In this document: piece by piece, positions 26,746 to 39,872 of the stretch
How positions within the stretch are numbered: position 1 is the first letter of the stretch
How the letters are laid out: every line of letters starts with the position of its first letter
Assembly (NCBI GenBank): GCA_030770535.1
Contig: JASVEC010000012.1
Coordinates: forward strand, 496,001 to 560,000
Source of the DNA: Batkoa obscura
Lineage: Eukaryota
DNA: 64,000 bases
Direction of reading: 5' to 3'
Translations under genes and position numbers: made by a program
Notes under the pieces: generated by a model
Told to the model about the DNA's origin: nothing
Seen by the model: the letters and a program-made list of their open reading frames with translations, nothing else
Database searches by the model: none

Positions 26746-28162
26746 TGCTGATCTAATAGTCAAATATTAATATATAAAGCAACTATTATTAGTTAAACTC
26801 CAAGATTTGATGTTCTAAAGAATTTTTTAACAAATACTATTTGAACTCAGCTCATTTGGACTGATTTGGTCAAAAAGGTTGGTATGAAAGATCACTATAA
26901 TATCTGAAATTATATAATATGAATATAGTTTTTTAATAATAAAAACATATACGAATATATTTAAATTACCTTATTAATTTTTTTAGCAATTTTTTCTATT
27001 GAAATACTTCATACTATACTAAAACTAAATCCTCTTCAACACTTTAAAAAGTAGCTAAAGTTGTTAGCTCAATAAATAATACAGTAAGTAACATTAAATA
27101 AAAACCATTAAAAATTTCAAAATTTAATCTACTTTTATGTTAATATATTATGATATGTTAAATTTTTAGCTACTGTTTTAAAAGCATTATACGCTTTTTT
27201 GTAAAAGCCCACAGATTTTACTGAAGTTACTAGGCTGTCTACATCTCCAACGCCATAATATCAAATGTAGAATAGAGCTTGGCATCCTTAACAAGCTTTA
27301 TTTTATATTATTTGATAAAGTATCGATTGAGAGTTATAATAAGTTTAATCATATTCTTACGACTTTTTTATTTTTTTTAAAGCTAAAAAACCAAGGTTAT
27401 TTATTAGAAATCCTCTATAATGCATGCATTAAAAATATATTTGCTTTTTGCTTTGAATATTAAAAAGTAATTGACTTTATTATTACTCAATGGATAATAT
27501 ATCAAACAATATAAAGCAAAGCTTATTAAAGATATTAAACTTTATACTACATTTACTATTACAATTTTAAAGTACGTTGAAAACCTGACTGCTTTTAAAA
27601 TGAGCTATACGTACTATTTTCTTGAGCTATAATGAATTATTAAAATTTTGAAATTTTTAAAAAAAAGACAAGGTATACCAAATAGTATAGCATTAATAAT
27701 CTCAATGACAAAAGTTTATAAAAAATAATACCAAATAATTTTTATATAATAATTTATATATTTTTTATTAAAACAATATATTTACATTATATAAATCTAA
27801 ACAACATAATGTCCTCAAAAACTGTCCCAAATGGGCTGGTTTTCAAGTTGCAATATCTACTCCACTATTTTATATACTAAAATAATTTATAACTACAGTT
27901 TTAATAGATATTATAAATAACATTTTTTTTAAATTTTTCTACTTGGTAAATTTTTAATGATAATTATAAACAAACTGGCCCCTTTGGCCTAAAATGTTTG
28001 AATAGTAGTTAAATAGTATCGTTAATTTTAATAAAAATACAAGTAGAATTCGTCTATTATTTTTTAGCAGTACAATAAGCCAATGAAAGTTGGGTTACTT
28101 TTTACTTATTAAAAATACATAAAAAGTCAACAACACTTTTTTGTTTCTATTCCAGCATTAAG

Positions 28163-31100
28163 ATGAAAGAGATTACAACCAAAGAGAACACGAGCAATTT
28201 TTTTGATTATTTGATTCAACCCAATTTACTATCCCAAGAGGTAGGTTTGTCAAATAATTATACGAATTTCTAAACTTTAATAAGATTAGTAAATTAGAAA
28301 CCATAGAAGCTAAAAGGATATTTGCAAATAAATGGCTACCTTCATTTCTAAATGAAAGAGTACTTACCACTTTGATATTAAAACCAGTTGAAAGTATTCA
28401 TTTTTATAATACTGGACTACCTGCATTTGCTTCCGTTTATGCAGTTACTGCACGTCAAAAATTATTGTTAAAGTTTGGGGCGATGGTATTTAACTAGTTT
28501 GTATAAATGTATAAATCTAATAATTAAAGTTAATTGATTGTGCCGATTTAAGCTTAAAAGAGATTGGAAAAGTATCTTTAGAAATGCAAAGAGCGGTATT
28601 AATTGCTAGTTTATCTTTATCATAGTAATTATTATATTACAGAATTTAAAGTCAAACTAATAATTATTAGCAATGACCTTGATAACATTGATTCTACGAA
28701 TAATCAATCGAAAGAATTATTATTTCAAAATAAACCGGATTATTTAAAACCCATCTATTTATATCAACAATGGGTTTTAAGATGTGTTTATAAAAATAAA
28801 TTTAAGTTGTTAGATATGTTGGGTGACGCTACCAAATTTTTTGACTATTTTTATGATCAACTTATTGTCAATTATGGCACTTCTAAACAAAATATGCCAT
28901 CAGATACATGGTTTTCTATTGTTTACGATTTAATTGAATTTGCTTTTCTTAAAAATGATTATAATAAAGTACATGAATTGGGTCAAGTGTGTGTGGATAG
29001 GAAAAATGAGACTGAAGAGATTAGGTAAAATTTTACCAAAAGCCTGATATATAGTTTAAACTTTATTTAGTAAGATAGACTGGCAAAGAGTGGAGGAGTT
29101 ATTGGAATTTGTAATTCAAGTAGAAAAACATGAAGCTAAAGAAAAATTCGATATTAAAGCAGGTAAGTTAAGTTATACTTTAATTTAATACCTTGATTAA
29201 ATTTTAGAAATTGAAAAAATAAACTCAGAGCTTGTGGATAAGTTATCAAACTTTTCATTAATTGAAATTCAACAACAATTAAAACAAGATAATATACTTT
29301 TAAACATTCAGCCATATAGTTATTATCAATTAGCACCTGCTTTTGATGAGATAAAGGAGATCAATAAAGATACTGCTATCGTATTCTATTTTTATTGGCT
29401 TTTGTCATCAGATGTACTTACAAGCGAATTAGGTAATTTATAGCTTGAAATTCAATATAAGAATATATCACAGTCCTCACAATTTTTAGATATTGTTAAT
29501 ATAGTACATGAAATCCCATTTTCTATTGTTTCGCGTCTTCGTGAAAAATATAAAAAATATAATGACTTAAAGCAAGATTTAATAATTTTAATACCTTTAA
29601 GGAAAAACGGTTAGTAAATTTGGTTGTAAAAATATAAGGGTATTAAAGTATATTTGATTTAGTTAATGATAATGATTATCAGCTATTCATTTCTGAATTA
29701 AGCGAATTCATTTGTCCTAATGATGGTAATTATAGAATTCATTTATATATTTTTACTAAATTTGTCTATAGAGTCTATGGTTATTATATTTAAATTATAA
29801 AACTATTAGCTAACTTACTTTAGACTTACAACGATGAAATTGGTTCTATACTAGTTGAAGTAATAATTGTATAGTTCAAGTATATTTAACTTATTCTTTA
29901 GGATGATGAGAATGAAATTGAATCAAAAATTGATACATTGCCAATACTAGTTAAGCCTTTAGGAGTATATTAATTTAATGTTAACGTTTATAATATATTA
30001 ACATTTTAAAAGAGTGAAAAAGCATTAGATTATATAGATGAACAAATCCTTCTTGCGATTAAAGCATACAATAAGGTAATATAATAAAGTGACATTGATA
30101 AGTTTAATGAACTTTTTATAGAGTTTCTTTACTAGTGCATTAAATCTAGCTAATGAGGTTCATAGCTATTATGTTGATGTTTCTAATCAATTAAGAAAGA
30201 ATATTGAAGGTGCAGCCGCGTCCCAAATGAGTCCAGAGAGTATGCTCTTTTTAAATGAGTTTACAAGATATGATAAAAGTGACGGTCTTTTATATATTAC
30301 CCAGAAAATAACGTTGTTGAATAATACATTTGATGAACTAAAAGCCCATTCTAAACTGGGCATTTATTACCAAAGTTATATTAAAGGCGATAAAATTGAG
30401 GAGGATATGCTATTGGATTCAAATGATGAAGAAGCTCTTTTAAATTACAAAGGAAGTTTAGTACCAAAAAATAGAGATTTGGTAGATTTGATTTGGTCAA
30501 CTAATAATTCATATTAATTCTCTTATAGGATATGGCATTTATTTATTTCTTTAGCCAAGAAAAATATGGAATGGGGGCACAGGTTTTTGAAAGAATTAGT
30601 CCAAATAATTCTAAGATAAAAAAGCCCATCATTGGTAATTCGTTAAGTTAAATCTAATTATCTTTAATAAATTTTTTTAATAGTTGAATTGGGAAACTTA
30701 TATCACGCCATTTTATTAGTTTATAGATGTATTCCAAGTGATATTATCGAATCCCCTAATAAACTTTGTAAGTCCGACTGTTCTACTTCAATTTGTTCTA
30801 ACAATTATAGTATTCAGTGGAATTGAAAATTATTTTGAAAGACAAGACGATTTGATTAAGATTAAAATGAGTTTGATTATTCTTTTTAAAGCAATATCTT
30901 TTTTTCAACATTGCTCCCACTTAATGGTAAAAGTTTATTTCGTGTTAGTATGTAAAAAATTCACTTTTATTTAGCCTAGGATCGTAAGTTGCTTAAAACA
31001 ACTAAAAGGATACGGCTTCCTTTATTTACTTTCGGGATCTGTATTTTCGCTTATAATGTTACATAAAGATTTCCATCTCATTGTAGATTATTATCTATCT

Positions 31101-32091
31101 CAAAGTAATGATCTAATCCATTATTTTAGGGAGCTTATGAAGACTTTGGAATATTTTCACTTTTATTTACAGTCCCAAAAGAATTTTATTTTTATCAAGT
31201 TAATCCAGAAACGTCTCAAAAGTTTGTTTTTTATTAACTAGTTTTAAAATTATTAATAATATTAGGTTACAAGAGTTAATTACCAATATTTCTCAAGGAT
31301 CTATGTCTGATATTAAGTTGTCTTTAAACACTTTGACAGATCTATTGTACATTTTAGCAAACAGCTGCTTTAGGCACCTTGGTGATAAAGAAATTGCTTC
31401 AAGGTTTATATTTCAGGCATGTGTTTTTAATAAGAGATCTGAGGAAGCAATCTAGTAAGAAATAGTATTTTAAAATTTATTTTATTTACTTTTTGTTTAG
31501 TCGTTACCTGTCAATACCATCTTTATTGTCAGAAAATTTAGTTGATTCAAATTCATTTTGTTCTTATGCATTTGGTCCGCTATGCCTTCCACTATTAATT
31601 GAAAGCGTTAAGTGGTATGGTGGTAAGTTAAGTTTAGTTGCTTAAATTAAATGTCTAATTTGTTTAGATAAAATCATTATGGCCAATTTTGTACAGTTTT
31701 TTTCTTCTGGTGTAGATTATTCAGAAAGGTTTAAATTAATTTATCAAACTGGATTTAAGAGTGTTGATAGTGAATCTATTCAATATATTAGAGATTTACC
31801 TCTATTGGAATACTTATATAGTAAGTCTAATTAGGGTTTATGATAGCAAATTACTAAATCAATGGTTAACTAGCTTTCAAAGAAATTATTACTCCAGAGG
31901 TTAAAGGCAAAATTGTAATGATTTTTTTATTTTATTAGTTTGTTTATTAATTTTTAATCTAGCTTAACCAAATCACACATATTAGTGATTCTGCAAAAAC
32001 AAATAATGAAGCGTGTTGTCATATGAACATTAACTTTTTAATGGCTATGATGAAAAGATTTTCTAAAAAGCATGGGTTTGAACCCTTTTAA
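28163..32091 (+). CDS. INTS8: Integrator complex subunit 8-like protein (about 20 short introns)
   Basis: Spliced reconstruction is collinear with animal INTS8 motifs as I recall them: FFDYLIQPNLL, LYQQWVLR, VYDLIEFAF, ANFVQFF...VDY, IQYIRDLPLLEYL, FLMAMMKRF. Confidence 0.7.
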
Positions 32092-32516
32092 TATGGTTTG
32101 TATAAAAGTAGATATTGCTATGTAAATTAGTTTTTTGTTTTTATTTGTGATAAAATAACTTTTGAATTGTTTTGCTTATATTTCGAAAAAACTTAACAAT
32201 TTAAATATACTAATTGTTCAACAAGCTGTATAATTCAAATGTTTCAATACTTTATTGTTATATATTTCCTTGTTACATATACTAACAATAGCTTTTTCTT
32301 TGTAATACTTAATTAGCTGTTTATACAAATACAATTTTATTCAATAAATATTCCTTTACAGATACTCAAGCACATATTGGCATTTACCAAAATTTAAATA
32401 GAACTATTGAACATGCTATTTAGAACTTTTATTACTGAATATTTTTTTTGAAATAACAAGGATTTATTAAAGCCACAGTAAATTTGGGGTTACAAACTCA
32501 CCTTTTAATTTTTTAA

Positions 32517-33432
32517 TCACTTTTCTTCCTCTGACTCTATATCCTGAAACCCCAGTCTTAAAGCATCTTTTAATCTCTGATAATGAAAATTTAAAGCATC
32601 CCTTTTATTCAAAAATTTGAATAACGGGTTACTACTTTGTTTACTCATAATTTGAATTTCCAATAATGGATTGTTACTTTTGATAACAAATGCCGCTGTT
32701 TTCTTCATTATCGTTAGTTGTTTTTCATCTATTTCTTCCTCTTTTTTATTGACTTCCTTGTCTTCTATAGTACTATAATCATATTGGATACCCACTGCTT
32801 CTGCTTTATTTTCTATTGTATTCCTCTTTTTATCTAAAATTACAGTTAAAAGTTTGTAAACTAAATCTACTAATATCTACTTGAGTGTATCTCTTCAGAG
32901 TTATCGTTTCCATTTAATTTATAAAACTCAAACCTAAGCTTATCTAAGTCTTCATCAGCCTGGCTATTTATGCTATTATCTTGCTCATCAAATTGGAATT
33001 GATTTAAATCAATTAAATTCCGAACATCATATCTTAAGCTAATTAGAGATCTTATAAAAAAGAATAAATTTACCTATCTAAAGTTATATCATTCCTATAT
33101 ATACTTGGAACCAACCACTGTTCGTAATAAGACTTTGACTCTTTTTTACTGCCCTCCTCTGTGCTAAGATTCTCTTTAATAACATCTTCTTTTTTTTTAA
33201 ATAGCTTAACTGAATAACCCTTGATTACACTATCATCAAATTCTTGCTGAGGTTCATAAATTGGTAAGTTATACTCTTCAGTTTTAAACTGCTCTAAGTT
33301 AAGTTTTCGCTTGTTTGAGTTTGTGATATGTTTATTTATTGAACTTGTATAATGCTCCTTTTCATCTTCAGAATTGGACACTGATTCACTTTTCTCACTG
33401 TTTGAACTTTCATAGCTGTTTATATTATCCAT
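32517..33432 (-). CDS. SWAP/SFSWAP-like splicing regulator (DRY_EERY-like region plus one SURP domain, 3 exons)
   Basis: GYSVKLF, WLVP, LDR/YDVRNLI across an intron, then IMKKTAAFV...LEIQIMSKQSSNPLFKFLNKRDALNFHYQRLK. Confidence 0.75.
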
Positions 33433-33909
33433 AAATTTGATTTGCTTTGACTAAAGATTAAGTTTAAAATTGGAAGCAATTTATAGTTTATGTCTAAAAA
33501 ATTGAATTGTAAATTGGAATATAGTTGTTGCAGCTCTTTTGCTATCTAAATAATTGCTCATTTGAGAGAAAATTTTGTCTCGTATTTAGTTAAAATACAA
33601 GGATCAACCTTTAAAAAATTGGCTATATGATCAATTTAACTGCAAAAAGTACCGCTAAAAAGTCTTAAAAGAGTTGGAATAGTTGTAAATTAATAGGTTG
33701 CAAAAATTATTGTTTTGTTCTTATAATCATATCTAAATCTATAAATGACTTTTATTTGACTTTAAGCTTGAGCTAGTTAATTCTATTAGCTTTATGATCT
33801 GATATACATTTACTCTGCGATTGATATATATATAATATTTAAATATAAATAAACAATTATTATATATTAAAATAATAATTATAAAAAACTGTTTAGGGTA
33901 TATAAATAT

Positions 33910-34008
33910 GAAGGTGTTTTTTTTTGTTTCATTACTTTTTCCATTTTTCAAGCGCTATTTGAGTAGAATAGCTGTTATTAAAATTCTTAAACACAAAAAC
34001 ACATCCCC
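33910..34008 (-). mobile_element. MITE copy D
   Basis: Diverged reverse-complement copy flanked by ATAT/ATAT. Confidence 0.85.
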
Positions 34009-34199
34009 ATATATTCTAATAAAAGTTATTAAGTTTAAACAATAAATCTATTAAAATTATCAAAAAAAACTATTTTAAATATAAATATTAAATATTAATA
34101 TGATAACTGATTATAAAAATAAAACTAAACTATTTAATTTTTGATTATTTTATCAATAAAGAAATATTAATTAAACTAAATATTAATGTATTAATATAT

Positions 34200-34290
34200 G
34201 GGGATATATTTTTTGTATCTAAGAATTTTACTAACAATCTTTCCGCTCAAATAACGCTTAAAAAATAACGAAACCAAAGAAAATATAACT
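34200..34290 (+). mobile_element. MITE copy E (internal deletion, decayed right end, abuts LTR)
   Basis: GGGGATATATTTTTTGTATCTAAGAATTTTACTAACAATCTTTCCGCTCAAATAACGCTTAAA. Confidence 0.85.
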
Positions 34291-34291
34291 A

Positions 34292-34731
34292 TGTGAAAGT
34301 TGGTACTCAGTGGTAGGAATTAAAAGCAGTTCTTGATTGATTAACTTGCCTTGAGTCGAACGATCTTAGTTTATACAACTAAGATAGACTTAAATTAATA
34401 AGAATGATACGTAATAAGTTGCGAACTATGTAAAACAAATAGGATAGACAATACTACTGTAAAATCTACCTAAGATATTGCCAGAGAGACTTAGTGGCTT
34501 TATTAATAGTACGATATCAGGGAGTAATTCAGTTAAAAAGCCTCGAGTTAGTATGTTAAAGAATCTTTTTTATACTCCAACTGGGTGAGTATATATAAGG
34601 AACATTAAAACGTGGGCAATAAGTTCTTTGTGATCAGGTGGTAGCAATCCTCACAGCAAATCTATATAAGGGACTCTGAATTGATTATTATATTGTAATC
34701 AATCCTAGAGCAAATGAACCGATATTTCACA
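34292..34731 (-). mobile_element. Solo LTR-like element, 440 bp
   Basis: Perfect 7-bp inverted termini TGTGAAA...TTTCACA, GC-richer than flanks; on the minus strand a TATA tract (34590-34598) is followed by AATAAA (34499-34504); no target duplication. Confidence 0.6.
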
Positions 34732-34810
34732 CCTTTAGCTTAATTTTATAAAAATAACTTAAAATTTAAAAGTTTTAATATTTATCAAGCAAGTAAATAA
34801 GTTATTAAAT

Positions 34811-34908
34811 AAAAATGTATTTTTTGTTTAGTAATTTTATTAATTTTTTTTTTTGCTCAAATAATGCTTAAAGAATAAAAAAATAGATAAAACCAAAAAA
34901 AAATCTCT
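34811..34908 (+). mobile_element. MITE copy F, heavily mutated
   Basis: Collinear with the consensus but GGGG>AAAA, CC>TT, GC>AT, GG>AA; flanked by AAAT/AAAT. Confidence 0.75.
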
Positions 34909-35221
34909 AAATAATAGAAATTAATTATTAAATATTAACATTATTTAAATTGTTAATAGCTAATTTAATAAATGATTAAAAAGTAAATAACTATAATAAT
35001 AAACAAAAAATACTGTTATATTGCTTATATTATATAAAAGTAGCTATTTATAATTTTAAAACTAATTACTCTTTTATACATAATTATTCATTAACTTAGT
35101 AATATATTAATAATATAATTATAAAATTGAAATTACTTATTTACTTAATAATAAATTTACAATACTAGCTATAAAGTAGTTAATAGTAAATATTTTTTAA
35201 TAAAGTTTTATAAAAATATAT

Positions 35222-35264
35222 GAGGATGTATTTTTGTGCTTAAGAATTTTACTAACAATTTTTT
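35222..35264 (+). mobile_element. MITE copy G, left-end fragment
   Basis: GAGGATGTATTTTTGTGCTTAAGAATTTTACTAACAATT preceded by ATAT. Confidence 0.75.
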
Positions 35265-36501
35265 AAATTATATAATAATAATATATTATTTATCAATTAT
35301 TATAATATAAAAGAATCAAAATTAATAATAAAATATTACTATTTTAAAAATCTTTTATAATATCAAAAAGCTATAAATTACATATAACTTGAAATAAATT
35401 GGCTGAAAAATTAAATTTAATTAAAATTATTTTTAAAAAAGTGGTTAATAGTTAAAATAAAAATTAAGTGATGAAGCATTCCAACGCAGTATCTTTGATT
35501 AGTCATTTAACTATAACAGGTGATAGTTAATCTGATTTCAGTTATTATCATTAAAACCAAGATTACTTCACATTTGGGTCTTAACAGTAGTAAGAATTAA
35601 AATAATGTTTAAACAAAAATTGTTTTTTTGTTTTTAAAAATAGTATATAAAAAACAATTTATATTGAAATCAAAATATAAAGCTAATCATACATTTACTA
35701 TTACAAAAATACAAGTTTTTAGCTTATTTTTTTAATATATACTTTACATTAATAAAGCTTGTACAATGAATTTTACTGATTCAATATAAAATTTATCAAA
35801 AGTATCAATGAATACCTAGCAGAAAAGTTGATAGAATTGTCAAAATGTGATAAAACTATTGTCACATATACAGATAACTAAATAGAACTAGGAGCACTTA
35901 AAATATTTCGTATTTTTCGAAGTCGAATAGATATTCAAAACCTTGGAGAAATAATCAAAATTAAAAATGAAGAAAACAAGTAAATTTGAGTATTTCAAAT
36001 TATGATTTCAAAACGTTACTGTTGTTTTTTAAAAACATATATAATATAAATCATAGCACAAACTCGCCTTCATCACTGAGTTTTATCTCTACATACCTCC
36101 TTCATTCTATTTTTTTTCTATCACTGTTGTCCACTTGAATCAATCTTTTAACCCATCTTTTCTGTCCCCCATCTTGTTCTTTCCTGATTTCAAAAAGTTC
36201 TTTTTGAATATACTTTTTAACATCCTTCATCTAAATACAAAAGATCTAACGAAAAGAGTTTTTCAATGCCTTCCTCTCTATTTAGATGTTTACCTCTTAT
36301 AGTTCCCTCAAAGACTTGGTTTTTATTCAAAAACTCTCTTATTACTCCCAAGTTACCTTAATATAACTCTTTTTTAATCCTTAGCTTTAATAAAGCAACC
36401 ACAAACTCATCTTTAAATTTAAGAATAAAACAATAATAGAATCAAATAAACAAAGAAGGGGTAAATTTTTACTTTGTTTTTTTTAGAAATATCAGTCCTT
36501 T

Positions 36502-38368
36502 TTATACTTTAATATTATAACCACGATAAGGTTGGAAAAAGCGATGATAACTGTTGTTTTAATTTTGCTTGTAAAAGTCATTTGCATGATTATTATAGCT
36601 ATTATAGCTATACTTAGTTCGATAATTACTGTAAAAAGCATTTACATTATTGATATTGTAAAAATTATTTTCATTTTGATTGTGAATAGCATTTACGTGC
36701 TTATAATTATAGCAGTTATTTTGATATTGGTTGTGAGAAACACTCCCATAACTGAAGTTGTTATAATTATATTGATTTTGACTGGGAGTGGTACTTTCAT
36801 AATTATTGTAGTTTTTATAATTATATTGATTATAATTGTGAGGAAAATTTAAATTATTATTGTAGCAATTATAGCTACTTTGATATTGAGATTGGTCATG
36901 AGAAGCACTTTGATTATTATTATAGCTATTATAACTGATTTAATTTCGTATACCAAAGATAATTTCATAATAATTATGATTATAATTAGTTTGACTTTGA
37001 TTGCGAGATATATTTATATGATTATTATAGCTGTTTTGTCTTTGATTACTATGAGCATTTTCATAATCATTAGAACTAGTAGAACTATTACGATAATAGG
37101 TTCCAAGACCGCTATTGTGTACTCTATTAGTACTATCTAAATAACTATCTTTCTGTTCTCTAGCTGTACATCGGTGCTCCTTGTGTAATGTGTTAGATTG
37201 ACCATTCCTTCTTTCTGAAACTCTTTTGATATTTATATCATAGGTATGTTGTTGAAATAAGATATCTCAAATATCTTCAAACGGTGATTCTTTGTTCACT
37301 TTTTTGCCTTCACATTCCTATCTTTTTTTAGTGTATTTAAAATATGTATATTATATGACTTACATCGCGAATGTGATCCGAACTCGCACACAAACAACAA
37401 GGTTTGGTAGGTGCATTAATATACAATTTGATTTAATAGTCAATGAAAGCCTAGAAAATTATTATTTTAATATCCTTTTTGATCTTATATATTCTCCAAA
37501 ACTCGACTCAATCCTTAAAATAATAATATTAAAATTTTAGCTTTATGAATCAAAATATTTACCAATGAACTATGAATTGTATTTCCACATTTTACACATT
37601 CTGCTCTAATAGATTTGTTTTGATAATCCTCAAACAATATGTTAGCAGCTTTAATTTATTCCTATAAATAACTTTACTTCTATTCTATGACCTGTTTTTT
37701 GCAGATAAAACAAATAAGTGATAGATACAAGCTCTGTCAGTATGGCCATCTTTTCCGTAAAGGTTACAACGATCCTAAATAAATCCAACTACTAATTTTA
37801 ATGAAGCTTAATCATTATTTACTTTAGCCAAAAATTCAGTTATTAAATGATCTCCTTTACAATTGAAACACTCTTTATATATTGGAATTTGATTGAAATA
37901 TCTAATAATCTTCTATAAAACACTATTAGCAATCTATTTTATTTATTTATTGACTTGATTTAGTTTCAATCATTAAAAAATCTTCACCAATCTTAATAGC
38001 GTTCATTTTAATCATTTTAATCACTTTAGTCTCAAGTATGATACTGCACTGTTCTTCTTCTTCATCTTCAGTATCACTAGATTCTACAATTTTACCAGCC
38101 TCTAAGCTGTTAGGTGAATGATTAATAATACTGCCTTCGTTTTCAACTTCATTTTCTGGGCCTCTGTCTTCCTCAACAGCAACACTATTCTCTTTCTCTT
38201 TTATTAAAAAATTATTATAATTTATATAACTTTGTAACATTTCTTCTATTTCACTATTGAGCTCATGGTTTTTAAAAGGTTAATTTAATTTATTTATTTT
38301 CTATTATTAATTTGCTTATCAGAGTCATCATATTGATGATAATCTTCGTTGTTATAATTGTAATTCAT
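36502..38368 (-). pseudogene. Air1/Air2/ZCCHC7-like zinc-knuckle pseudogene, copy 1, with N/Y/Q/S-rich repeat tail
   Basis: NSEIEEMLQSYINY, degraded CCHC knuckles, FWRIY linker, CCLCASSDHIRD/EC; in-frame stops, frameshifts, GT>AT donor losses; collinear with 53311-54947, both ending K-V-stop. Confidence 0.8.
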
Positions 38369-39872
38369 AGTTTTTTTTTAAGGATTTAAAATAGAAAAAA
38401 TAAAAGTTTATGTTGATGTTAAGAATCTTTAAAATGCTTAGACTGACTACAAGCTTTTATTTGTCAACGAAATTCAAGGGATGAAATTTGGGTGATAAGA
38501 ATAAAACGTTTAAGTATATTAATTTTGAAGTATATGAAAGTAATAATAAATTAACAGTTCAAATATTATTATGACAATATTATTATAACCTTTATACAAT
38601 TATAAAGCTTATTTTCTATATGGCTAACTGAAATAACTGGAACATTATTAGCAAAAAGAATTTTAACTTATCTGAATATTCTGAATAATAAAAATAAGGA
38701 CAATTTAAAATATTCTTCACTTTTTAGCATTTTTATTATCATTAATATAATCGAATTAGGCTTAAAGTTAATAAATAGATAAAAACTGACTTCTAAAATA
38801 TAAACGATTACAATTTTATTTAATATGGGTATTTTAAGAACTTGGTTAAAAAATAAAAATGATAATTTTCTAGTTAAATTTAGAGGTTGAAATTTACGAA
38901 ATTATATAAAAATGTTTTTTTTCATTACCTTGTTTTATCTCTTTTTAAATAATGTAGAATTTAAGACATTTAGTTAAACACTGTTAAATCATATAAAAAT
39001 ATTCATTACAGTTTATAAATCATTATATTATCATTTTTGAGTTAATCTCTTACTGTAAATGCGTTTTTACTCTTGGTTATAATAACATTATGAGTTATTA
39101 TTATAAGAATCACTATTTCATGAATCATTTGCTACTCTTGGAATTATAATAGTAACATAACTATTATTATTATTATTATAGACAATTTGGCTAGTAAAAA
39201 TGCATTAGAGGAGGAGTATTGATGAATAAATAACCTTGTCATGTATAAACTTTCTAATTATAATTTTATAATTGAATCCCTTAAAAAAATGAAATGACGA
39301 GATCAAAGAATGATATTTGCATCACTCAGTTTAAACTAGAGTCTTACAAATAAAATATGAAAGCAATTCTTATAATCTTATTTAAAAATAAAAAGACAAC
39401 ATTTTTTAATATTTGTGTCTACAATTTTTTCAAAAACTTAACTTGGGAAAAATAATAAGCCTTGAGTTTAAATATCCTAACTATTCTAAAATCAACAACA
39501 ATTAAACTCAGAGACTTTATATCATTTGTTATTACTAACAGATAAAGCCTTCTTTATAATCAAAGCTAATGACTAATATACTCACTATAACAGCTTTTAT
39601 TACACAAGCAAGTATTACAATAAGCCAAAATAATTATTATCACATTTGATACTATAAATAGCCATATTACTAGGATTTTTATGCGCATAATTAAAATAAG
39701 AAATTCTTATTATTGGTTTAAGCTTAAACCAACAACCCTTAATCCTTGAAATGTTACAACTAGAAAAAGAAGCCAAGAGTTAGAGAAAAGTCCAATTCAT
39801 CTCTTACTGCGCGGACAATTAATAGTTATTGAACAATAATTTATTAAAAACAAAAAAAAATAGGAATAGAAA

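Noticed and set aside
25881..26763. ORFs 25881-26327(+) and 26581-26763(-)
   Set aside because: Antisense to NOP13 and overlapping the tRNA gene, respectively.
36050..36430. Purine-rich minus-strand stretch, possibly a retroelement or gene relic
   Set aside because: No recognisable motif; too degraded to call.
36532..37140. Two hydrophobic Ile-rich plus-strand ORFs resembling membrane proteins
   Set aside because: Antisense shadow of the N/Y-rich tail of the Air-like pseudogene.
37255..37275. TGA shared by both Air-like copies as selenocysteine or recoding
   Set aside because: Both copies have many other disablements and intact genes here (e.g. PUF6) use TGA as stop; a shared or parallel CGA>TGA change is simpler.
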